A DNA stretch of 64,000 bases from an uncultured Verrucomicrobiae bacterium (lineage in GTDB: Bacteria; Verrucomicrobiota; Verrucomicrobiia; Chthoniobacterales; UBA10450), in the NCBI GenBank assembly GCA_963756875.1, contig CAVWPA010000002.1:32001-96000 (forward strand). The letters run 5' to 3'. Shown piece after piece: positions 1-9,354 of the stretch. The translations under genes were made by a program, and so were the position numbers. The stretch's first letter is position 1. Each line of letters begins with the position of its first letter. The notes under the pieces were generated by a model. That model searched no databases and was not told where the DNA came from. It saw only the letters and a list, made by a program, of their open reading frames with translations.

Positions 1-164
1 TACGACGGCAATTGCCTGCGATGCGACCCGCCACGACCATTCTCTGTCGTTTAATCGCCCCTGTAATGTGTGCCACCGCGCAAAAGAATCCCGCAACGCC
101 CCAGACGCAAAAGAAACGCACGCGCGGGCTATCACCGCTTGCATGCGCAACTAATATTAATTAG

Positions 165-3100
165 CTAGAAATCTACGCGCAGGCCGCCGCTGACGGCGTT
201 GCTGTCGTAATTGCTGCGGCCGATGACTCCATCGTAGTAAACGTAAGTGGAGAAGCGATTGTTCCATTGCATGTTCACGCCCGCGCCCACCAGCGCGGCG
301 TCGCGACCAATATCGGGTCCGCGCACGCGGAAGATACCGCCCGCGCCCGAGGCGAGCTGCGAATCAATCTGGTAAGCTTGATCGCAATATTCATGTTGCC
401 AGGCGGCGCGCAGTTCGGGGCGGAAGATGGCGTGGCCAGCTTTGATGTCGTAGGAAGCGTGCAGTCCGGTGGTGGCCCGGAACGAATTCTCATCCTGGTT
501 CTCAATGATCAACGGCGCGAGCGAACCGGTTTCGGTGAACCGGTCGATGCCGACATTGGTGTACTGCACCGTTGACCAGGTCCCGATGTTAAAGCAGCCA
601 AAGGTCCAATCCGAACCGTAAGCGATGAAGGCGTTGAACTCGCTGCCGCCGGTGCTGCCGCGGACCGCTTCATCCTGGAGTCCGGTCCGGCGCGTGTCGT
701 AACTGTTCCAGCCGCCGCCCACTCCGCCATCGACATAGAATGTGCTGCCGAAAAGTCCTTTGCCGAAAACCGTGGCATACGCTCCGACCTTCCCGCCATC
801 AACGTCCACTCTTCCGTCACCGACCAGGTCGGCCGTGCTGCGGGAGTAACCGGCATCAACGCCAAGGGCGAAGTGATCGCAGAGCCGGTAATCGGCGCCC
901 ACGGTGAAGTCGCCGGTTGTGATGTCGTAACCGCGCGCGTTGAGGTCGTCGTTACCCACGTTGACGAAATCGCCCGTGCCGGTGACGAACACGCCCCAGC
1001 GGTTGTCCGGTGCAGGAGTATAAACGTCCCGTGTGCTCTTATCCGGGAGCGACGCTTTGCCGTCGGAGTCTTTACTGTAATCTTTTCCGCTCACTTGCGG
1101 CACGAACCCGTTGGCGCAAAAACCATTGGAGCCGGCGCGAATGTCGTCCATGCGCCGTTGCAGGTTGTTGTTTTGCACAACCGCCTGAGAGAACCCGATC
1201 TCATAAATCGATGCCAGTTCCTCCGGCGCGATCAGGTCGTAGTCAGCCGGCAGATTGGCCAGTGGTTCTTGACCGAGAAAATTGATCAAGTTCGCCGCGG
1301 CTGGATCGTTCGCCGCAATATTCAGATTGAAGGCGACTGATTTCTGATTCGGTGTCAGACCGCCGATGTTGAACGAGCCCAATTGAAAGATGAGATAGAC
1401 ATCGTTGGCCTCATCATAATGCACGACCGGTTGCAGTAGTCCCAGGAAAGTGCTCGTGACTGTGTCAAACGTTCCGGTGTGTCCGCCGTTATCGGTGAGG
1501 AAGGTTACGCGATCGCCCTTCATGGGCATAAAGTTATTGAGCCGCAAGACTTGGAGAGTGCCATCCAGCGTGGCGCTGCCGCCGACAAAGAGGAGGTCGT
1601 GTTGGCCGCCGGGCAGTCCCGCGACCTCAATCCGTAAAGTGCCGATGCTGTTTTGCGAGTAATTGCCGTTGATGGTCAACGTGCCAGGCGAATCACCGGG
1701 ACTGACGATACCGTCACTAATGACATTGCCACCGATCGTGCCCACGCCGCCGAGCAGCCCATTCGGGTTAACGGTGGTGGAGCTGCTGGCAATTGAGCCA
1801 TCCACGATCAACGAGCCGGCATCGACGAAAGTATCGCCTCCGTAAGTGTTCGTATTAGTCAAAACGATTGCCCCCGTGCCAATCTTCGACACTCCACCTG
1901 ACCCGCTGAAAACGCCGCTCAAGGTGGAATTGAATCCGTTGGAATCCAAAATGACGCCGCCAGTTTGAACCGACCCGTTATTAGTCAACGTGGTGTCGGC
2001 AATTGTTTTGAGCTTGCCGCCGTCGTACTCAATCCCGAGCGGGTTGGTGACCGTTATCACGGGATTTACGCCGATTTCCAACGTCCCCGTGGACAAGACA
2101 ACCAGTCTGTTTGAATTGACAATCCCGCCATTGAGAACGCGCAGCACGCCAGTGCCATGTGGTCCGGTGCCGTCACCGCCTACGAAAAAGTTTCCGCCAA
2201 GCTGCAAGGTGGAGGCCCCGCCCGCGCCATTAACGACGGCCAAACCAGTTGATCCATCCCCTTGAGCAATAAAGGCGTCGAAGCCGGTGAAGGTGCCACC
2301 ACTAAGGATGTTCAGGGTGCCGTTCGAACCGGCAAGCACACCGATCGAGGCACGATCTGATCCGATCATATTGACAATGCCCCCATTCTGAATGGTCAGC
2401 GTGCCAGTGCCGGCCCGAGCAACGTCAAGCTCGTTAGCCAATCTCCAAGTTGAGCCCGCTCCATCCACTGTAACTGTCCCAGTGGAGGTCGCATGCTCAG
2501 CGATTCTGGCAAAGGATCCGTTAACCATAACGGTTCCGCCATTGGTGATGTCGAGGGTACCGTGACCGTCTAAACCAATATCAAGACTACCGCTGTTTGT
2601 CCATGTCGATCCCGTGCCATCGATCGTTGCTGCGCCAGAACCCGTATTATGCCCGATGTAGCCGTTGGTATTTGAGAGCCCGCCGCCACTATTAATATTT
2701 AAGGTAGCGGTGCCATCAGCGCCGACGTCGAGATCGCCGGTATTCGTCCAGGAGGAACCTGATCCAGTGATCGTCACTATACCGGTGGATGTGAGGAAAT
2801 TGCTAATAATAGAGGTACCAACGCTAGTGACAACGCCTCCACTGATTATATCAAGTGTACCGGAGCCGGCGTTACCGACAGCAACAGATCCGTTGTTAGT
2901 CCAAGTCGAGCCTGTTCCACTAACGGTCACTGCGCCGGACCCCGTGGCGTAACCAATGGTGCCGTTGCTATCCGAAACCGTGCCGCCATTCGTAATTTGA
3001 AGCGTGCCGGAGCCGTCCAGACCAACGTTGACATGATTGCTATTGGTCCAGCTCGAACCGGTGCCATCAACCGTTACCATACCAATTGCGTTTGACCCAT

Positions 3101-4257
3101 TACCGATTTCTCCAACCGTACTCGAAACTGCGCCGGCATGGTAATGTTGAGCGTGCCGGTGCCGCTGTCTACGGTAACACTGCCGCTGTTGGTCCATTCG
3201 AGAGATCGTTATCAACTGTTACACTGCCGTTGGAGCCCGTGGAAAATCCGATATCGCCGTCCGTGTCCGAAACCTTCGCGCCACTCTGGATGTCGAGCGT
3301 GCCGGTGCCGCCGTATCCGACGTAGAGCGCGCCGGAATTGGTCCACGACGCTACGACGCTTGTGACAGTAGCCGCGCCGTTCGATCCCGCGTTGTATCCA
3401 ATGTACCAATCGTGTTCGAGACCGTGCCACCATTGTGATATTGAAAGTGCCGGTGCTGCCGGTTGACCACCCCAATCGTCAACGTAGCACTATTAGTCCA
3501 AGTCGAGCCAACACCATCGACATTGACGGTCGCGACCGGGGTAAAATTGCCGCTAAGAAAAGTAGCGCCGCCAAGATAAGCATCCGCATCGGAAACGGCG
3601 CCGTGATTTTGAATATTGAGCGTGCCATTACCCTCGAAGCCGACAAGCAATTGGCCACTGATCGTCCAGCTCGAGCCAGTTCCGTTAATGGTGGCGATGC
3701 CGACGGCACTACTCGCATCGCCAATAACGCCGCTAAACGATGAAACGACCCCGCCGGCTGTTGCACTCAAATTACCGTTGCCACCCTCTCCCACGGAGAT
3801 GAGGTCAATAGCCGCCGAAAAACTGGACCCTGCTCCGTCCACCGACAACAAACCGGTCGAGCCCATATCTGTCGCAATTCGTGTAGTCCGGGCCGTAACC
3901 TTGCCGCCGCTTGTAACATTAATGGTACCGTTGCCAGAAAAACCCATGTCAACGACGTTGGGAATATTCAACGTGCCGGCGCCGGTGACCGAAATTGTGC
4001 CGGACGTTCCAACAGTCATGCCCAATTCCATAATATTAGCCGTGGCTCCGGCTGCGGCGACCTGGGCGGTGCCACCATTATCGATAATCGCAGTGTCTCC
4101 AGGCCCAGCCGTGGGCACTCCGGCCGACCAGTTGCCGGGCGTGAACCAGTCGCCGGTCCCGTCCTGCCAGATAGTTTGTCCAAAGATTGGCGAAACCAGA
4201 AATGTGATGGCGCCGAAAAACAATGCGACGGCGACTTCGCAGATGACGTGATTTCAT
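165..4257 (-). CDS. Autotransporter (type V) with T5SS/PEP-CTERM-associated passenger repeats and C-terminal beta-barrel; broken by several frameshifts
   Basis: ORFs 3351..4223, 3212..3475 and 165..3215 join into one protein. ATG at 4257 is preceded by AGGAG. Signal-like N-terminus, many 'G.GSTWTNSG.L.VG..G.GTL.I..GG.V' repeats, a 'GGVSKIGTGAIVLTNTNTYGGDT' autotransporter strand repeat, and a barrel ending 'GGLRVDF'. Frameshifts near 4247 and clustered at 3140-3480. Confidence 0.85.
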
Positions 4258-4630
4258 GGGTTTGTTTCTCCTGATGCTCGGTCGGACGGATAACGGCCAT
4301 TCAATTCGAAAACGAGCCAATGTCGAGTTGAAAATATGAATGAAACGATAAGGCTGCGCTTTTCGCATTACACGACGAATAAAGAGGAAATTGCTCGAGC
4401 GCCGGTCGCCCGCTTTTAAGCGCCGGCGATTTCCAAAAAACTTTGCAAGCTTCATTCTTTACCATGTTGTGTCTTTATCTTTATGACATTGTCTGAGCGC
4501 GAGAGGGACAAAGAATCCACAGCGATTATGGTTACGATTCCGAAAGCTCGCGATCGAGAGCCGCAATCGCTGGCGGAGAATTTATTTTTCGCAGCATCAA
4601 CCGCGCGCGGACCGTGCGCTCCCCAATGCC

Positions 4631-5092
4631 TTAACCGTCCGTGCGCGGGATCTGCATGAATTCAATCGTTGTTCCGTCGGGGTCGCGAACATAGACGACC
4701 CGTTTTCCGGCGTTCGGGCCTGATTGCAGAGTTTGCGGTTTACCGGCGGCTTTCCAACCCGAATCAACAACGCGTTCCAAAACGGCGTCGAGATCGTCAA
4801 CCGTCAGCGCGACGTGGACCGATCCGACATCGCATGGCCGCAGATCGGCACGTTTCCGATCTGGCGGCGCGAGATACTCGAGCAACTCGATTTTGTGTCC
4901 ACCGGGCGCTTTCAGAACAGCAAGTTTGATCTCGGCGCCGGCAACGCCGGTGATTTCGCTCGCCATCTCACCCGTTTGATGCGCCCGATGCGAAAGCTCG
5001 AAGCCGAGGACATCCTGCCAAAAGGCGAGGGAGCGCTCAAGATTCGCGACGGTGATGCCGGTGTGGTCGGTGGCGATGATGCGGAATGGCAT
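4631..5092 (-). CDS. VOC/glyoxalase family protein
   Basis: 'DHTGITVANLERSLAFWQDVLGF', 'IELLEY', 'HVALTVDDLD', 'YVRDPDGTTIEF'; ATG at 5092. Confidence 0.85.
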   Translation of the reverse strand: MPFRIIATDHTGITVANLERSLAFWQDVLGFELSHRAHQTGEMASEITGVAGAEIKLAVLKAPGGHKIELLEYLAPPDRKRADLRPCDVGSVHVALTVDDLDAVLERVVDSGWKAAGKPQTLQSGPNAGKRVVYVRDPDGTTIEFMQIPRTDG

Positions 5093-5176
5093 ATTCGGAA
5101 AACGTCCAACGCTCAACTCCGAAAGTCTTCGCGAGCAGGCTGTCCAACACGGAATTCAGAGAAAATAAAGGAAATG

Positions 5177-5276
5177 ATCCGCCAAACACGCCAAATGACG
5201 CTAAAAAAAAGGACTGGTGCCGGACTTCTAAGCCATGGCTCTGAACCTTTCGCGTTTTTGGCGTGTTTGGCGGATC
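5177..5276. repeat. Intergenic imperfect inverted repeat (CCGC.AA.CACGC.AA family; related copy at 28684-28764)
   Basis: ATCCGCCAAACACGCCAAA ... TTTGGCGTGTTTGGCGGAT. Confidence 0.7.
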
Positions 5277-5324
5277 CTCTTCGGTTGTAGGGGGAGCCGC
5301 CCTGGCTAATCAATAGTGGACTAT

Positions 5325-5750
5325 TTATCCCACCGCGGCGATCACCTTTAACTCGATGGCGATCGGAGTCGGCAGCGCGCCCACTTCGATCGTGGTGCGT
5401 GTCGGATTTGGTTTGCCGGAGCCGGCAAAATATTCGGCGTAAAGCCGGTTGAAGGCTGGAAAATCGTTTTTCATGTCGGTGAGGAAAACGGTGACATCGA
5501 TAATGTCCTGCCAGGTTGCGCCGGCGTCTTCGAGCACGAGCCGGACATTTTCGAACACCGCGCGGCATTGCGTTTCGATGTCGTAGCTGGCGACGTTGCC
5601 GGCGCCATCGAGTGTGACGCCGGGAATTTCTTTGCTGCCGCGCGAGCGCGGACCGATGCCGGAAAGAAAGAGGAGATTGCCGACGCGCTTTGCATGCGGA
5701 AAGGCGCCGACAGGCTCGGGTGCGCGCGAACTCTCAAATGACTTGCCCAT
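5325..5750 (-). CDS. RidA/YjgF family protein, probable 2-aminomuconate deaminase
   Basis: 'APEPVGAFPHAKRVGNLLFLSGIGPR', 'PTRTTIEVGALPTPIAIELKVIA'; same strand as the nearby aminomuconate-semialdehyde-dehydrogenase-like ALDH. Confidence 0.75.
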   Translation of the reverse strand: MGKSFESSRAPEPVGAFPHAKRVGNLLFLSGIGPRSRGSKEIPGVTLDGAGNVASYDIETQCRAVFENVRLVLEDAGATWQDIIDVTVFLTDMKNDFPAFNRLYAEYFAGSGKPNPTRTTIEVGALPTPIAIELKVIAAVG

Positions 5751-5809
5751 AAATCTATTTGTAACCGCGGATTACGCGGATGAACACGGATTTTTTACTG
5801 GTGCTTTTG

Positions 5810-6844
5810 CTACTCGTCATTGCGGTCGCGTCTCACGTTACGCATCGCGCGCCTGGTTATTTCCTGGCCGTATTTTTTCCCGGCCTCAACGAGCCTTTCG
5901 CTCAACGGTTTCTGGAGTTGGGCCGCGAACATTTGTTCTTCAGCTGTCTTACCAACCTGGGGCACGGCGATTACGGCGCTCGAAGCCGATTCGTAGGCGG
6001 CCTTGTATTCCTCATCCGATTTTGTCAGGCGCGCTTCCTCCAGCGCGTCGAGCGCGGCGCTGGCGCGGTCGGCCGCCGCGCGAATCCGATCTTCGGCTTC
6101 CTTGTTTTTCGGTCGGACGTCTTTGAATTCCGTCGTCATCAGTTTCGTCGCTCTGCCGGCGTCCTTTATTTCGCCGCGCATCTCTTTCTGCGATTGTCCC
6201 AGACGCGCAATGGACGCGTAAATACCGGCCACTCCAAGCAAACAAATCGCTGCCACCGCGCCGATCAGGATTTGTCTCCGCTTTTGCCGCCGCTTTTCCC
6301 GTTGGTAGAGATCGTCGAAACCGACCCCGAGCAACCCGGCAACTATTTTCAAGAGCGCGCGCTGCCTGCCGTCGCCTTCAGGGCGCACATCGGCGGCAAT
6401 GGGTTCGACCCGGACCTCCGATTTGGTGTCGTCGACATCGAAGCGCATGTCCCGCGGGAAGCATTCGTTTTCAGGATCGGAACGATCCGTCGCGTTCGGA
6501 ACGCCGCCGGCGATGAGAGCGATGATGCGGTCCCGGCCATGCCAGCCCTTGAATGCGCGGACTTCTTCACCTACCCAGCGAGATTTCGCCGAAGCAGGGG
6601 AACAAATCACGATGAGATAGCGCGATTGTTGAAGACATTTTTGAAGATTGTCGCCCAACTCGGCCGACGTGGGCAGCTCGTCGCGGTCGCGAAAGATTGG
6701 AATAATGCGCGCGGGCACTTCACCCTCGCGGCTCGGTGTGCCGACGAGAGCTCGCGGGACGCGATACGTTTCCAGTTTCTTGTGCAGCCAGTCGGCGACG
6801 GCGCTGTCCCGGTGGCTGTAACTGATAAAGGCCCAATACTTCAC
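5810..6844 (-). CDS. TIR domain (TIR_2-type) protein with one TM helix and a coiled-coil C-terminus
   Basis: 'AFISYSHRD', 'IFRDRDEL', 'LIVICSPASAKSRWVGEEV', then 'KRRQKRRQILIGAVAAICLLGVAGIYA'. Confidence 0.85.
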   Translation of the reverse strand: MKYWAFISYSHRDSAVADWLHKKLETYRVPRALVGTPSREGEVPARIIPIFRDRDELPTSAELGDNLQKCLQQSRYLIVICSPASAKSRWVGEEVRAFKGWHGRDRIIALIAGGVPNATDRSDPENECFPRDMRFDVDDTKSEVRVEPIAADVRPEGDGRQRALLKIVAGLLGVGFDDLYQREKRRQKRRQILIGAVAAICLLGVAGIYASIARLGQSQKEMRGEIKDAGRATKLMTTEFKDVRPKNKEAEDRIRAAADRASAALDALEEARLTKSDEEYKAAYESASSAVIAVPQVGKTAEEQMFAAQLQKPLSERLVEAGKKYGQEITRRAMRNVRRDRNDE

Positions 6845-6912
6845 GCCGTCATTTACTCAAATTTTGAAGGCGAGGCCAAGTACTATGCCAGCGTAGGATT
6901 CCGGATGGTGCG

Positions 6913-6980
6913 CTGTAGAGGCCGCCGTCTCTGGCGGCAGCTCCATTGGCTTTTTGCAGCCGTGACGGCGGCCTCTACAG
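6913..6980. repeat. GTAG-type REP doublet
   Basis: Perfect 17-bp terminal inverted repeat CTGTAGAGGCCGCCGTC / GACGGCGGCCTCTACAG. Confidence 0.8.
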
Positions 6981-7008
6981 GTTGTCGCCGCGGTGAGCCT
7001 CTACAACT

Positions 7009-7305
7009 TTAGCCGCCGGCGATCGCGCCCATAACAAAGAACGGTTCCGTGCCTTTTGCGACCGCCTCGGGAAGCGGGCTGTCGGGCGATTCGTGGGAAA
7101 TATCTTCTCCGCACGCGAAGAATCGAACGAGTGGCCGGCGTTGATGCGTCGCGTGATCGCGGATTGTGCCGCGCAACATGGGATAATTGGTTTCCAGTGC
7201 ATCGAGAATTGTTCGCTGCGTAACCTGACCGTTGAGCTCGAGTTCCACTTCGCTGCCAACACTCGCCAATGTGCGCAGATGATGCGGAAGAACGATGCGA
7301 ATCAT
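7009..7305 (-). CDS. MoaD/ThiS family ubiquitin-like protein
   Basis: 98 aa beta-grasp-like sequence ending in the di-glycine 'AIAGG'. Confidence 0.85.
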   Translation of the reverse strand: MIRIVLPHHLRTLASVGSEVELELNGQVTQRTILDALETNYPMLRGTIRDHATHQRRPLVRFFACGEDISHESPDSPLPEAVAKGTEPFFVMGAIAGG

Positions 7306-7310
7306 TCCTC

Positions 7311-7448
7311 AAAGCTCCAACATCCAACATCCAAGCTCCAGAGAAACACCAAATTCAAATAACCAATCCTCGCAACATCGGCAGCGAATCGTTTTGGAGC
7401 TTGATGTTTGGAATTTCTCTGGATGTTGGAGCTTGGAATTCGGAGCTT
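7311..7448. repeat. Heptamer-rich imperfect palindrome (TCCAACA/TCCAAGC type)
   Basis: AAGCTCCAACATCCAACATCCAAGCTCCAGAGAAA ... TTTCTCTGGATGTTGGAGCTTGGAATTCGGAGCTT. Confidence 0.7.
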
Positions 7449-8616
7449 CATTTGAGCGTTTGAACCTCCACTGATAGAACAGCTGGCAAATCTCTCACGA
7501 TCGGATTCCAGTTGTCCCCCGCATCGGCCGATGCATAAACCTGTCCGCCCGTCGTTCCGAAATAGATCCCGCACGGATCGAGCGAATCGACCGACATGGC
7601 GTCGCGTAACACGTTCACATAACAATCGTGTTGCGGCAGTCCTTTGGTGAGCTCTTGCCACTCGTTGCCACCTTTTCGGCTGCGATAGACGCGCAATTTG
7701 CCGTCGGGCGGATAATGCTCGGAGTCGCTCTTGATCGGCACGACGTAGATCGTTTCCGGCTCGTGCGCATGAACGTCGATCGGGAAGCCAAAATCGCTCG
7801 GTAGATTTCCGCTCACCTCGCGCCAGGAATCGCCGGCGTCGTCGCTGCGCATGACGTCCCAGTGCTTTTGCATGAAAAGCGTGTTTGGCCGCGACGGATG
7901 CATCGCGATCCGATGCACGCAGTGACCGACCTCTGCGTTCGGGTCCGGCATGAATTGAGAATGCAAGCCCGTGATTGATCGGTTTCCAGGTTTTGCCACC
8001 GTCATCGGTACGGAACGCGCCCGCGGCCGAGATGGCAATGAACATTCGATTCGGATTTTTTGGATCGAGGAGGATTGTGTGAAGACACATTCCGCCCGCG
8101 CCGGGCTGCCATTTCGGGCCGGTATCGTGTTTGCGCAGGCCCGACAATTCCCGCCACGATTTGCAGCCATCTTTCGATTCGAACAGACCGGCATCTTCCA
8201 CGCCGGCATAAACGTGATCGGGATTGGTGAGCGAAGGTTCCAGATGCCAGACGCGCTTGAATTCCCAGGGATGCTGCGTGCCGTCGTACCACTGATGCGT
8301 GCCCGGCACACCGTCGTAAACGAATTTGTTGCTCTCGCCTTTGGGCATGCCATCGGGGCCTTTTAATTCCTCTGGGCTGCTGCCGGGCGTCTCCCAGGTT
8401 TTGCCACCATTGCTCGAGCGCTGAATGATTTGGCCGAACCAGCCGCTTGTTTGCGATGCGTAAATCCGGTTCGGATCAACCGGCGACCCTTTGACGTGAT
8501 AAATTTCCCAGCCGGCAAAATGCGGCCCGTCAACTTTCCACTCTTTGCGCTTGCGCGTCCGAGGTCAGGATAAACGCGCCTTTTCGTGTTCCGACCAACA
8601 CTCGTATTCCACTCAT
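7448..8616 (-). CDS. BNR/Asp-box repeat beta-propeller (sialidase/glycosyl-hydrolase-like); two apparent frameshifts
   Basis: ATG 8616 after AGGAGG, reading '[19 protein letters not shown]'. Asp-boxes 'SSNGGKTW', 'TDDGGKTW', 'SDDAGDSW', 'SADAGDNW'. Frameshifts near 8555 and 7969. Confidence 0.8.
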
Positions 8617-8804
8617 GACATCCTCCTTTTTGTCTTAATCATGCTCATGCTCATGCTCATGCTCTTGATCCTGATCGGATCTTGCCTCTGCAAACGAACG
8701 CCGGAATTATTAACCGCGGATCCTCCTCCGGCAAGCCTACGGCGCGACGAGTTACGCGGATGAAAACGGATTTGTCGGCTCTCAACAATCAACTCTCAAC
8801 TCTC

Positions 8805-8898
8805 TTGCGATGCAGACGTTTTTTGCCTCGGTGAAAAACTGGAGCGCTTCTTCGCCCCGAAAGCTTTCGGGGCCGACGCGGCTGGCTTTCATGCCGAC
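8805..8898 (-). pseudogene. Relic duplicate of the ALDH 3' end
   Basis: 8805-8850 matches 9360-9405 at 42/46 nt. The relic translates 'VGMKASRVGPESFRGEEALQFFTEAKNVCIA'; the gene reads 'GGMKQSGVGREGGEEALRFFTEAKNVCIAK'. Confidence 0.85.
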
Positions 8899-9083
8899 GC
8901 TTCCGCCCGAATGAGTTTCCGGAGCGAAGCGTTTACTTTTTTTGAATCCCGAAACACCTTCGCGACATCGGGCTCTAAGACAACGACGTTGGCGCCTTCC
9001 GCATAACGCCGCGCGTATTTCCCACGTCGTCCTTTTGAGAAATCGTAATCGTTTCGCAATCCGTTATTCGATCTCTTCTTCAT
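8889..9083 (-). CDS. BrnA-like antitoxin
   Basis: 'LRNDYDFSKGRRGKYARRY...VVLEPDVAKVFRDSKKVNASLRKL'; overlaps the 3' end of brnT. Confidence 0.75.
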   Translation of the reverse strand: MKKRSNNGLRNDYDFSKGRRGKYARRYAEGANVVVLEPDVAKVFRDSKKVNASLRKLIRAEASA

Positions 9084-9348
9084 ATGACTTTCGCTCTCGT
9101 CGGTTCGCGCGTCTCGCGCTGATGATACGGATATTATCGCCTCTGTCGGTGTGAACGACAACGAGCAATTTTCCATCAAACGTTCTGCCCATCGTGATGT
9201 AACGGTGCTCTGCAATCGAATGATCGGGATCGGGAATTGTAAGCGACAGGGAATCGCCGAAGACTGTCGACGCTGCTGCAAAGCTAACGCCGTGCTTGGA
9301 GAGATTCGATCGAGCCTTTCGCGAATCCCATTCGAATGTTAGCGGCAC
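9064..9348 (-). CDS. brnT: BrnT family toxin (type II TA)
   Basis: 'FEWDSRKARSNLSKHGVSF', 'EHRYITMG', 'IRIISARRANRRERKSYE'. Confidence 0.9.
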   Translation of the reverse strand: MPLTFEWDSRKARSNLSKHGVSFAAASTVFGDSLSLTIPDPDHSIAEHRYITMGRTFDGKLLVVVHTDRGDNIRIISARRANRRERKSYEEEIE

Positions 9349-9354
9349 TGGGAG

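Noticed and set aside
4260..4600. Riboswitch upstream of the autotransporter
   Set aside because: No c-di-GMP or other aptamer consensus recognised by eye; an Rfam scan would be needed.
5780..7012. 410-aa + strand ORF (likewise 46285..47607, 57385..58689, 31954..32880 and other long ORFs)
   Set aside because: Antisense shadows of well-supported genes in GC-rich DNA; no recognisable motifs.
8636..8805. CATGCT and TCAAC-type short tandem tracts (also 10829-10870 and 50543-50570) as CRISPR or phase-variation loci
   Set aside because: No repeat-spacer periodicity and no cas genes; these are low-complexity hexamer/heptamer tracts, mostly intergenic.
4600..9350. Integron cassette array interpretation
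   Set aside because: No intI gene, and the spacers are heterogeneous REP-type palindromes rather than attC sites with RYYYAAC/GTTRRRY ends.
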